NCBI GenBank assembly: GCA_964035545.1
Contig: OZ037771.1
Coordinates: 4,165,628-4,229,627, forward strand
Reading direction: 5' to 3'
DNA: 64,000 bases
Source: Bugula neritina
Taxonomy: Eukaryota; Animalia; Bryozoa
Both the position numbers and the translations under genes were made by a program. A model generated the notes under the pieces. The model did not search any database, was not told the DNA's origin, and was given only the letters and a program-made list of their open reading frames with translations. Position 1 is the first letter of the stretch. Each line of letters opens with the position of its first letter. This document shows, in pieces, positions 1 to 13,400 of the stretch.

Positions 1-3000
1 CACTACGGCCAACCTCATTGGCTCACGGAGTTTCTCCGTAAGTATTATTCTTATTCTATGTAATTTGTATCTTCTGATACACACGCACACACACAGACAC
101 ACACGTGCACGTGAGTTTGCACACACACTTATATAAGCATTAGGCCGGAAAGTTTGTACATTAATTGTTAGCAAGCCAATTTTGAAAAGTAATTGTTGTG
201 ACAAACCGTTATATTTGAACGATCAGTAGTGCACAACTTGTTCATTAACCTAATTCAGTAATATTCAATAAAATCTTTTAATTAAAGAATCTTAGCTTTT
301 TATTCTATGTTTTTTAATATACTGTGTTAAGTGTTGTGGTTATGTATATTTAAGTTGCGTAATATTTAATACAACATGTATATAGACTGTGCGATTGTCA
401 TATGTGTTGCAGGCATAGCCGAGGTTGCTTTCCTCTGTCTGTTTATCAGTGAAATGCTGATTAAGATGTGGGGACTCGGTCTAGACAGATACTTTCACTC
501 TTCATTCAATAAATTTGACTGCCTGGTGATAGCTGGGAGTGTTTTCGAACTTATCTACACTTCCTGGTCACCACAATCCTTTGGACTGTCTGTGTTGCGT
601 GCCTTGAGACTTCTACGCATATTCAAAGTGACAAAGTAAGATTTATGCTCCCTTGATTTACCAGATAAAACTTGATTTTTATAAACTCACTACAAGAACA
701 AAAGTTGTACACCTTCTAGAAAACATATTTGTTCATTGAAAACTATTTTCATTATAAAAAGAGTTTTAATATTTTAATATACATATGACTAGATCTGTTT
801 TTCTATAGTCAAGTTCACAAAAGAGCTTGATATGAACTTAGTGTGATAATTTGTTGCAAGGAGCCAATGACTTGTATAGGAAGTATACAACTCCCACTGT
901 AGTTTTGAGCATCAAGTCATGTGATAATATTCCAACATGTCTGCAGGTACTGGTCCTCTCTGAGTAATCTGGTCATCTCTCTAATGAATTCCATCAGAGC
1001 CATTGCCAGTCTACTCTTTCTACTTTTCCTCTTCATTGTAATCTTTGCTCTGCTGGGCATGCAGTTGTTTGGAGGAGAATTCAACTTTCCCGACGGCCGA
1101 CCTAAGCAACACTTTGACACGTCCCACATGGCTATGATGACCGTCTTTCAGGTCTCTCCTTATACTTTGTCTATGGGAAATTCTAGAAAAATGTTTTTTC
1201 TTTTCATTTCCTGTGATGAAGTTGCATTAGGCTTTTTTTCAATTGACTCGAGTATTTTGTTTAAAGTCTCCATCTCTGCACGAATCCCTGATGGTAGAAA
1301 GCTAAGTACTACTGTACCTTTCTCTATGCTGGCAACATGGGTTGGGGGCTTTCAAAGTAACACAAGGGCACTCTGTTTTGTAAAATACTTGTGAAGACTT
1401 ATCCCATATGTCTATTTGACTCTGCCCAATTAGAAGAGTCATAAATATGATTAATACTTATTATTTAAAATCATTATGAAGGATTTAGAATGCTATTATG
1501 AAATATTATGATGAAAGATTTAGAATAAGATTATTCTTTAAAATTATTATGAAAGACTTAGCATACTAAGTCTCATTTCTGTGTACTGACTGTCGTCTGC
1601 CAAAGTTGTCGTCTGCTAAGCGTTGTCTGCTAAGGGTTGCCGTCTGCTTTGTTACTAGATACTGACGGGAGAAGACTGGAATGAAGTGATGTATGACGCT
1701 ATTCGAGCAAAGGGAGGCGTAGGGAAGGGAGGCATGTTTTGTAGCATATACTTCATCCTCCTTGTCGTCTTTGGCAACTGTATCCTTTTATTATTATTGG
1801 CAAATCATTTTAGAGATTTACAGAATAATATTATGGTCAATGATTTCTACAAATGCGTACAATTAGGGCGTTCTGGAGTTATGCCTATTGGCTTGGAATA
1901 CCAGTTTAAAAAATTGTTGCCGCAAGGTGTTGGTTGACTTGACTTGCGTGTAGATACTTTGCTGAATGTCTTCTTGGCTATCGCTGTGGACAACTTGGCC
2001 AACGCCCAGGAGTTGAGTGAGGCGGAAGCAAACGCCGCCGAAGAGGAAGCCAGGGTAGGACTTCCTGTAGAACTTACCATTTTATTTGGAGTTGCATTTC
2101 CTACTTAATGTTGACTACATTATATAGACATTATATGCATATATTCTAATCTGTGTATAGAAAGCTTTGCTGGTGTGAAGTTAGTGAAAATTATTGCTTA
2201 TTTATAAATATGCTGCAAAATATCCTCCTGCCACTATATGATAACAAATTGGTTGCTTAGAGTAAGAAACATTTTGTGATTGCTTCTAGAGGCATTAAAA
2301 CTACCATGACCTAAATTTAGTACGTGTAAAATTATGTATTGTTTCCACTGACCCTCATGCGGTTTACCATATTTCAGGATACTGTTATGGTAAATATTGC
2401 GCTTGCTTTCTATACTACCATCTGTCATGCTACTTCATACTTTGAGTGGTAGCAGTACCTTAATTGTAGTTTGTCTTCTCTGTTCAACTGAAGTCAGTAT
2501 AACTCTGTCTATAACACTGTAGACAAGATACAATGTAGTTGTGTATTGCTAAACAAAATATCTCTGAGACTGACTATCTGATTGGCTGACTGGTTGGCTG
2601 GCTATCTGATTGGCTGGTTAGTTGGCTAGCTATCTGATTGATTGGCTGGTTAGTTAGCTAGCTATCTGATTGGCTGGTTGGTTGGCTGGCTATCTGATTG
2701 GCTGGTTAGTTGGCTAGCTATCTGATTGGTTGGCTGGCAGGTTGACAGGCTAGCCTACTGATAAACTTTAGCTTGGTCTACTCGGCCACATTACCAGTTA
2801 CCACTCAATATTATTTATGACCAAAACAGTTGAAGTGTTATAGTTTTTCCATTCTTTCTCTTTAGATGTTAGTTGGTGAACGTTCTTCATGTGGATGTTG
2901 AGACATTTTACTGTTTGTGTTAGGAAATAATCTGCATGCATCTTTTGCTAATGTAACCTGATTTTGTGTCTAATAATTTATACAGAACCTGCTAAATCTG

Positions 3001-6000
3001 TAAATGCTAACTTCCAAGTGTTAAAAAGTTTATGTTTTTATATTTAATTTTTTATCTTCGGTGATAACTTCTAAAAAAGAGAAAATTTCAGTAATTTGTT
3101 AACAATTTTCATTTGTTCTTGTCGAGTGTTGAATTTCTCGACACGAGTGGCATTTTGTTTGGATGTTTATACATTCTTATTTGTTATTTGGTTTAGAAAA
3201 AAGAGGTATTGAAATCACTGCACTCGGAAGCCAATTCGCCAAGCGCCATCAAAGCTCCTGACATCATCATATCTTCTACACCACCAGCTGCTACGTCAGC
3301 AACTGCAGCAGTCAGTAACGGAACCGGCCCTGCTGCCAAGAGCTCTGCCGATACTAAAGTTACTGTAGCCAAAACTGATAAAGGTGACTAATGCTTTTCA
3401 GTTATTCTTTTATGATAGTTTAAACATTAAATTGCAGAAAATTTGAATCATGCAGTAGTGTTTTGGTGTGTCAATATGGATAGTTTTCTATCAAAACAAA
3501 GGAGCTTTAAAAATTTAAAAGTTTATAGCAATATTGTAGCTTTTTTAAGTAGGACAATCATTGTGATGAAATTTGAGTGAATCATCAGAAATTTGAGAGC
3601 CACTCATACAGAATTATTGATTAGTGAGAGCTGCCAATGCATAACAGCAATTAAAGTTTTAGTGATTCAGTCATTGAATAATCATAGTGACTGACAGTCA
3701 TTGATGAGTCATAGTGACGGAATCACTGGGGATCTACTCTAATAAAATTAAATATAACGAACACTTCGATTGTCGTTTTTTTGCCAACAGCTGACGATTC
3801 AGACGATGAGGCCGACACAGAAATTCCAGATTATGATAAACCGGGACCCAAAGTCATGTTACCTTTTAGTTCTTTTTATATATTTGGACCAACTCATCCG
3901 TAAGTATGCAAATGCTGATTTCTGGAAAGTTTGTGTACAATTTATTGGCAAATAATCTAGTATCTTCTCTACCTTACGACAGTAAAACAATTGGTTTACA
4001 TTTCACTAACTACTACAAATCTAACTTCTTTTCTGTAGGTATGAAAATGCATTTTTACTTTTTACAAATATACAATACACTTTAGCAAAGTAGTGTTTTG
4101 ATACTTTCTTTTGTTTTTTTTGTGATTTGGCTGTTCAAGGTTTATTTAAAAGTTGAAACTTGGCTGAAACTACTGTGACTATATTGTGTGTTTGTTAATT
4201 TGTAGCGTAAGGGAATTCTGCCACTTTGTTGTCAACCTGCGCTTCTTTGACTTATTCATCATGATTGTGATTGGTGCAAGTAGCATAGCCTTAGCTGCAG
4301 AAGACCCAGTCAACAAGAAGTCTAATCGCAATGAGATACTCAACTATATGGACTTTGTGTTTACTGGGGTGTTTGCCATAGAAATGACAGTCAAGGTGAA
4401 AAATGAAATATAATTTGATGTATTCTTGTTGAAAACTATTTCTGTTGTTATTTTTGTTAGTTTTCAATGTTGATGGTTATCAAAAATGCTCAGTAGCTTA
4501 GTAGATGTTAATAACTTGGCAGTTTGAACTGAATTTAAAATGTGATATTTTGAACAGAGTGGTTTTATTTGCTAAAAGTTCATTTTTAGCTTCTAGTGCA
4601 CTCATTGTGTTCATGAAAATATTTGTAAATTTCTTGAAGATCATATAAATTATTGTGTGAGCAGTATTAGTGATTAGAGCAGTAGATCAGTAGTTCACAT
4701 CCCAACAAAGGTCATTGGTAATGTTAGGAAGAGCATCCAGTCATAATTGTTCCTGTGCCACATCTGAGTAAGTCCCTATCACGCTTCAAAAAACTTTTTC
4801 CATCAGGGGTTTCCCACAGGAATAGCGGCTATAAACTTGTGTGAGTTTATATATAAGATTTCATGTTTCAGATGATAGACCAAGGGCTAATATTGCATCC
4901 TGGAGCCTACGCTAGGGACTTGTGGAATATTATAGATGCTACTGTGGTGCTGTGTGCTCTCGTAGGATTTGCCTTCCCGTAAGTTCCTCTCCAGTAACAT
5001 TTGTCTGCTGTAGATACCTACAGAACTGTAACCTGCAGAACAAAATTATTTTACTAATTTTTAGTGCGAATTTTTTTCAAGTGAAGCCTCTCTAAAATAG
5101 CATAGCAACAAAGTTATACTTACTTTCATTAATAACCAATGACAAGTTTAGGGTTATCCTTTCATCATCTTCCAGTCGAAACTAGTGAATTCTTATTTTG
5201 GTTTTCGGCTGTTTGGCCGAGCTGAAAAGTTGTAATTTGAAATACACTGCTCTGTTGTGATGACTCACAGCTCAAGTTCTGAGGCAAATTCAGCGTCAAA
5301 ATAACTCAACATTCTCATACAGAGTTGTACTACATAATACATGCATGAGATAATTATTTTTCAAAATACATAAATAGAGATGCTGACGAAGAAGTAACAA
5401 GGTATGACAACTTCAATATTATCATTTTAAAAATTCTTATAAATATCTCTTATGATTTTTAAATGCAATTATGATGATATGTTCATAATAATTTGGCTTA
5501 TATGATTGCTGCCATGAGCTATATTGGTTATTGAGTGTCTTTGTTGCTGCCGTACATTAGGCTGTGCATTTTATTGCCTACTAATCACAAAACGGATAAA
5601 TTTATAGAAATACAGTTTATATAGCTCTATAGTTTTATAGTTTTATACCAGAATATGCTACATAAGTTTTTGCTCGGTAATAATTATTATACTTTCATCA
5701 TTATATGTTTTATTACATAATATAATTTATTTGCTTATTATATTATTTGTTGAAATTTCTAGCAGTGACTGCGTTGGTTTTGTCATATATTGTATCAGGT
5801 GTTCTGATGCCACTAGATGTCAGTTCACATATGGCTTAGTGCTTGCAGGTGCTCTGCCATGTGTCAAGTTATATCTTTTTCTGTACACACATAATGGTAT
5901 TTTTAGCTCTTTTTGGAAGATATTTGCCTGGTTGACATCTTTTACTGGGTATTTACAGGTGTCTGGGTATTTTAGTTTTTATTGGTGACATTCTGTGTTA

Positions 6001-7366
6001 GGTTGAATGTATTTTCTCAGATGGACCGAGTGTACTAAAAGATACTGAATGTGAGACCATGACTGAATAAAAATTATATATACACTTATAATATATTATA
6101 ATATTATATAACATATATGTAATATATAATATATATCTTGTATTATATATAATATATATTGTAGATAATATAATATGTATTATACATAATGTATGTTATA
6201 AGCTGTCAAATTTTTGTTTATTTGATTAAGCATTTTGTATATAATTTCACAAGCATAATATTTGGGGTCTTATCATTTCATTAATATGATCGAAATGAAT
6301 TTGTTTTACGATCAATTCTGCTTACCAATGTTACTAACGCTAGCACTATCAGGTAATACTACTTTTTTGTAATGTTATGTTTAGTTGACTACTTTTCATA
6401 TCTCTTCACTAACATGATATCAGTTCACATGACAAGGCTGCTAATATGTGAATTTACTCCCTTCAAGCTTGACGTTTTCTTGCAACGCCAAAATTAATTG
6501 AAACCCCATCTGCAGATATTCAAAGCTTTTTTAAGCTAATCTCAAACTAGTTTGTAACTGTTTGTATATTATGATGATGTGAATAAATTCTTATTGACTT
6601 TCACTCATTACGTTATATTACAACTCTTGGCAATGGTATCTACTGATCACCTTGGTCACCTTTCACCGCCGTGGTCCTGCACGGGTGATATCTACTGATT
6701 GTACTCAAAACTCATATAATTCTAAATTACATGAATATATTATCAAACAAGACCTAATTGTCGCCAAATATTGTATATACAGCACTATATTAGATGCAGG
6801 AGGCCTGTCTCACAACGTAAATACTTTGTATATTATGTTCTCCAGATTTCTATTTTTGTTAAAGTTCTACTGACCCGACAGCCACTAACACGGTTGGCAG
6901 CAACTTGAGCACAATCAAGTCACTTCGAGTTCTTCGAGTTTTAAGGCCTCTTAAAACGATCAACAGAGTCCCTAAACTTAAGGTATGATTTATTGTGTGT
7001 TTGCAATGTTTATACTCTGTATAGTAATAGTTATTGCTACACTTACACACTGTGTAACTACACTTACACACTGTACTGCTACACTTACAGGCCGTGTTTG
7101 ACTGTGTGGTCAACTCGCTGAAGAATGTGATGAACATCCTGATAGTCTACACGCTGTTCCAGTTTATTTTCGCTGTTATCGGAGTTCAGCTGTTTAAAGG
7201 GAAATTCTTCTTCTGCAATGACGAGTCTAAGAAGTTTGCTTCTGACTGCAAGTATGTTGACTTCCTGTTCCCCCACTTCCTGTTCTACCACTTCCTGTTT
7301 ATTCTGCCGGCATATTTATTTGAATATATACATGTATGTATATGAATATATATATGAATATATATA

Positions 7367-7402
<36 letters not shown>

Positions 7403-10400
7403 GAATGGTTACAGAGGGGAATTCTTCTACTACGAGCCTGGAGCAGATGTTCCTGTGGTGATGCAGAGAGAATGGAGAGCCCAGGACTTCAACTATGACA
7501 ATGTAGTGTCCGGCTGGCTGACGCTGTTCACAGTCACTACTGGAGAAGGGTGGCCATTGTACGTACCTTTAGTCTCTCTGTTGGTTCTCAGCTTATACAT
7601 TATATAGTACATATATTATACTATACTATAATGCAGAGTATACAGTACAGAGTATACAGTACAGAGTATACAGTACAGAGTATACAGTACAGAGTATACA
7701 GTACAGAGTATACAGTACAGAGTACACAGTACAGAGTATACAGTGCAGAGTATACAGCACAGAGTATACAGTACATAGTATACAGTACAGAGTATACAGT
7801 ACAGGGTATACAGTACGGAGTATTCAGTACGGAGTATACAGTACAGAGTATACAGCACAGAGTATACAGTACAGAGTATACAGTACAGAGTACACAGTAC
7901 AGAGTACACAGTACAGAGTACACAGTACAGAGTACACAGTACAGAGTACACAGTACAGAGTATACAGTACAGAGTATACAGTACAGGGTATACAGTACAG
8001 GGTATACAGTACAGAGTATACAGTACAGGGTATACAGTACAGAGTATACAGTACAGAGTATACACTATAGAGTATACAGTACAGAGTATACAGTACAGAG
8101 TATACGGTACAGAGTATGCAGTACAGAGTATGCAGTACAGAGTATACAGTACAGAGTATATAGTATAGAGTACAGAGTATATAGTATAGAGTACAGAGTA
8201 TGCGATCCTAGTATATATTTGTAATTATCAATAACTGCAAAATAAAAAGTACCTTGAAATACCTGTTCAGTAAAATTAAAAACATGCTGATACTAGAACT
8301 GAATTATTGTAGTGTTTTGATTAATTCGATGGAATCGACAAACGTAGACGAGGGACCCCGGCCAGGGTCAAAACCGGCCATGGCTATCTACTATGTCATT
8401 TTCTTCATTATCTTCCCCTTCTTCTTTGTGAATATATTCGTGGCGCTTATCATCATCACGTTCCAGCAGCAGGGAGATACGGAGCTGGAGGACCAGAACC
8501 TGGACAAGAACCAGGTAAGTCTCTCTCACTCATAATACTGTTACAATATCCTATGCTATTAGAATAATGTGTCTCTGTTGAGACATGAACCCCTTTTGCA
8601 TTGTGGGAAAATTTTGTATTTGTATCTAATGTATTTTTTTTGTATCAAAAATGTATTTTCTCTATGCTCTTTTGTATTGTCGGAAGATATTTTTTCTCTA
8701 TGCTAATCTGTGTAGCTACAACATAATTAGGAGTTGGTTTCACCATTGGCAAGGTCTAACCTCAGTTATTGAGTACTTCATTGTGGAATTAAATACCAGA
8801 GGTTGCAGTTCTTCATGTGCATAGGTCTAGCTGGTGTAAATTTCCTCTTCAAAATATGTTTCCTCGTTACTTTATCATGAAATTTTATTACATAACGTTT
8901 GATGTTAAAAGTTTTCTAGCCACTTAAATTGTTTAGTCGTGAAAAACACCTCCATTTTGCCTCATTATCAATTTTGAAAAGCTGGTAGCATTCGAAGCAC
9001 GTTTTTCATGTTCCAAAACTGTTTAAATAATCAACCATTCTCCTAAAACTGGCATACCTCACCTTTTAAAAAATTATTTTATTTATGTGCTACTCCTAAA
9101 GTTGACAAGTAGTATTCAAAATAACTTCTTCCCCCTAATTAAGGCACAATATCACCACCTGAGAGGTTTTTCTTATCTCATTCCGTTTACAATTTAACCG
9201 TTTAATCCACTGAACTGAAACTATAAGGGTTTAATCTGCCACGTTTTTCACAGAGATTTCCCAATGTCGATAGGCTTTTAATGCAGTTGTGTTGAAAAAG
9301 GTCACCATATTAGACTGAGTAAACTGCGGTTTTAACTTTGAAACTATGTTTTGCAGAAACAGTGTATAGACTTTGTGGTGAATGCTAAGCCGATGGATAA
9401 ATATGTCCCTCGCAATAAGCTGGGCAACCAGCACCGTATTTGGGTGATTGTCAATAGCTGGCCGTTTGATTTCTTTATCATGCTCATCATTGCCCTGAAT
9501 ACTATCGTGTTGATGACTAAGGTAGGCTCACTTTGCTCCTAGTGGGTAGTGTGATATATAGTATAGCTAAATGTATAACATCTATGATAAGGTTAGACGT
9601 ATATCAGTTTATATAAAAACATATAGTGATTCTGAGAAAGTCATTGATAGCGAATTTATAAACATTATAATAATAAATTTGTCACAATATGTGTTATGTG
9701 AGTCATATAAAATAACATTAGCTACACATGCTATAATATGTTCCTTGTGTAAAGTCATACAGTATATATACTATTGTAATATAAACTCATCTAATACAAT
9801 ATGCAACTTAGCCAATCGTATGTCACCAACTAGCCGTACATGTTGAAGTTATCTATACTTATAACTGTACTACCAATGAGCTCTAGTACTATTCATATAA
9901 TATTGTTATTTCAGTACTACAAAGAAGATGAAGATCTCACTCCCCTTGACCACTTATTCAAAGAGAAAATTCTAAACTATGTAAACATTGTCTTCACTTC
10001 TGTCTTCACCATAGAATGTGCTCTCAAAATATATGCTTTTAACCCCAAGGTGTGTGAGAATCTTAACTACAGTGCTCTCTCCGTATCTCACAAACCTAGG
10101 GTTTCCGTAACCTAGATTTGTGACATAGTAGAATACCATATTTGACTCACAGATCTGTTAAATTTGGCCATTTTATCCCTATACACACATGCATACACAT
10201 AAGTCACAAAATGAAGGTCCAAGCCCTTCTCGTGACCTATGGCACTATATTTTAATTCTAAGAGTGTTTCTACAATAAGTTACTGACGCTTACAACTCTT
10301 TAGCCTTCCATTACTTGTTTCCGCCATATTGAGTTGAATCCAAACCAGTTCTTGTGTCATTACTTGCTGGAAGGTAGAGAATATTAACTAGATGGTAGCC

Positions 10401-13400
10401 AACTTACTCTTGCAGATGTTTAAGCTGCTTACTGTTTGCAATAATAGCCGAGGAAACAATTTTTAATTATTTCAGTGAGAAACTTAGCAATTGCTTATTT
10501 CAAGTAAACAGCAAAAATAACTAATAATTAAATGGAATATAGTTTGATATAATATTTATAAAATTTATGGCGGTTATTTTTAGGAATATTACTTTCTCAA
10601 GTTGAACAATTAGCACTGTAGGCTGTTTGATTGTTTAAAGGTGTGTTTTAATTTTGTCTGGTCATATTCTCATTTCATATGGAAGAAATAGCAATAATCA
10701 ATTTTGTATGCTTCTATTTTAGAATTATTTCCGTGACGCGTGGAACGCCTTTGACTTCATCACCGTTGTCGGTAGTATAGTGGACATATTCGTCTCTAAC
10801 TACTCTGTGAGTGTGCTGTGATTCTCCAAGAATATGACTTTACTAGTCGTTCTAACTCATATGCACCGTTTGCATGTACTTGACACATTTCTAGACTAAT
10901 CCATACCCATTATCATATACCTATATGTGATGCATGCTAATGTGTATACTTGACTAGCTATAATTCTATTTTTTGTTTCTATTTCCTTTTTTCAGAAATC
11001 TGTGAGTATAAAAAGAATTGAGTTAGCTTTCTATGAAGTGTGTGCACCTTTATGGTTAATTTCCAGCACATTCATAACTTGACTATGTGCACATTATGAG
11101 CATATTTCTCTGTTGTATGTATATGTGACTGTGCGTGTGAGTGTGCGTGTGTGCCCTCGAATGAGTGAGTGAGTGAGTGAATGAGCCAGCGAGCAAGCGA
11201 GTTAGTAATTACGTGAGCGAGCAAGTGAGTGAAGGAGTGAGTGAGTGAGGGAGTGAGTGAGTGAGTGAGCGAGTGAGCAAGCGAGTGAGTAATTACGTGA
11301 GCGAGCAAGTGAGTGAAGGAGTGAGTGAGTGAGTGAGCGAGTGAGTGGGTAAGTGAGCGATCGAGTGAGTGAGTGAGCGAGCGAGCGAGTGAGTGAGTGA
11401 GTGGGTGAGTGAGTGAGTGAGTGAGTGAGTGAGTGAGTGGGTGTATAGACCAGCATGTATATGAATTACGCTCATACTCAGGCAACTATATAGATAATGC
11501 GTAGCTGTTTTCTGTTGTAACACACTCACTTGTGATGAAGTAAAAAAACCGGTTTCTCTTATTTTAATATATTATTTGCTAAAATTTCAACTGACTTCAT
11601 TCCAAGCTCATTAAATATCTTATAATTAAAGTAAATGTCTCTCTCTTCAACAGAATGGAGAAAATAAGAATTTCAATTTGGGATTTCTGAGACTCTTTAG
11701 AGCTGCGAGGCTGATCAAACTACTGAGACAGAGTTACACTATCCGTACACTGCTGTGGACGTTTGTGCAGTCTATAAAGGTGAGTATCACCCGCTTAGTC
11801 TGTAATCAGTTGATGGTATTTAGGCTAAGCGTTTATTTATCTGCCTCTTCCGCCTCTTCATGCCTTCCTTTTCATGGGGTCAAATATGGTGCAAAATTTA
11901 TTCAAGAAAATTTTAGCCCAGACAATTCACATCACCCATTTGTCTTCTATTCAAAAATCTGAACTATTTGAGCTTTCCTTTTTGATTTTCATTCTCAAAA
12001 CTATATGGAGTTCACTCTCTAAACTGCTTGAGTACCACTCTGTAAACTACTTGAGTTTCACTCTCCAAGTTATTTGAGTTGGTGCAAGTTCATTTTGATA
12101 TAACCAAAATGTCAAATAAGTTCAACAATCTATATACAGTTTTCATCATAACATATATTAAGAGAAGGTAAAATTGGTCCAAAATTATCAGATATTACAT
12201 TGTCTAGTATAATTATAAAATCATATTAAATGTATAAAAATTATATTGTACTATATATTATAACTATATCACACTATTTAAATTATATATAATTATTATA
12301 TTATATATAATTATTATATTATATATAATTATTATATTATATATAATTATTCAATCGTTTATGCATATTCATTATTATTATTATATTATATATAATTATT
12401 ATGTTGTATATAATTATTATATTATATATAATTATTATATTATCGATATTATAGATATACCCATTATATTACATAAACAAATATCATTCATTCATCAATT
12501 TTATAAGGAATGTACAGAAACAGTTCTACATTTAATATGCCAAACACAAATGATAAACACACACTATAATGTTAAGCAAATATAGGCTATATGAATTGTG
12601 TTTAATACAATATTGTTAATAGCTGATACTTGTGTAATATTTTTAAGGTGTCTGTACAGATCTTGCACAAAATGAAAGGAAAAACTGTTATGCATTTGTT
12701 TAAGCATTTCAGTCGAATTATCAGCCCAAAACTATAGTTTGTGTAAAAATCTTTTGCGTGATTGAAAATTTACTCTCTGCTTCTTATGATGCCATAATTT
12801 CTTCAATCTCATTTGTAAGGATATTAGTTCATAGCATGTTAAATGTCTGTACAGCTCTCATTCAATGATGAACTGGAACCTGAAATAGTAAATATTGTTG
12901 GTACTAATTACAGATTTTTTTAAGAGTTAAAAAGGGGACTAGTGGAAGAAATTATATGCAATATATATTGAAAGATATTATATAGCTCGTGTATATAAAT
13001 CAAGTATAATTGCCATTTTTTCTGTGTCCCACTCATTCACAGCCCAAATGCTGACTTTATAGCATTGAAAATAAAAGTCAAGTAATTTATTTTTTACTTT
13101 TTTGGTGACATACATTACATTAAACATGAGCTAGTTATCGGTTTCTGATTTAAATAGTCTGATACAGCATACAAACAAACATACACTGGCTTCTCATTCT
13201 TCTCATAGACACATTTAATGAAAAAACACATGAGATATACAAAACCTAGTTTTTCGACTTCATTTAAGGAAAAATCTTCAATACTGTTCCGTCTTACCTC
13301 ATAGGTCTCCTCTGGTTTACCTTGACTTTGTAAATCATCCTGATTCATATACTCCTCTTCATTCGCTTCTGCATACACCTCTTCCTCTCTACTGTCTCTA

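Noticed and set aside
6021-6050. 30-nt exon-like block (ttttctcag|...|gtgaga) in the DIII S3-S4 intron
   Set aside because: In the required phase 2 it contains TGA. It could only be a poison exon, and I have no supporting evidence for that.
7550-8224. 224-aa ORF and antisense ORFs with periodic [14 protein letters not shown]
   Set aside because: These translate a 14-bp intronic tandem repeat lying between two well-defined Cav2 exons.
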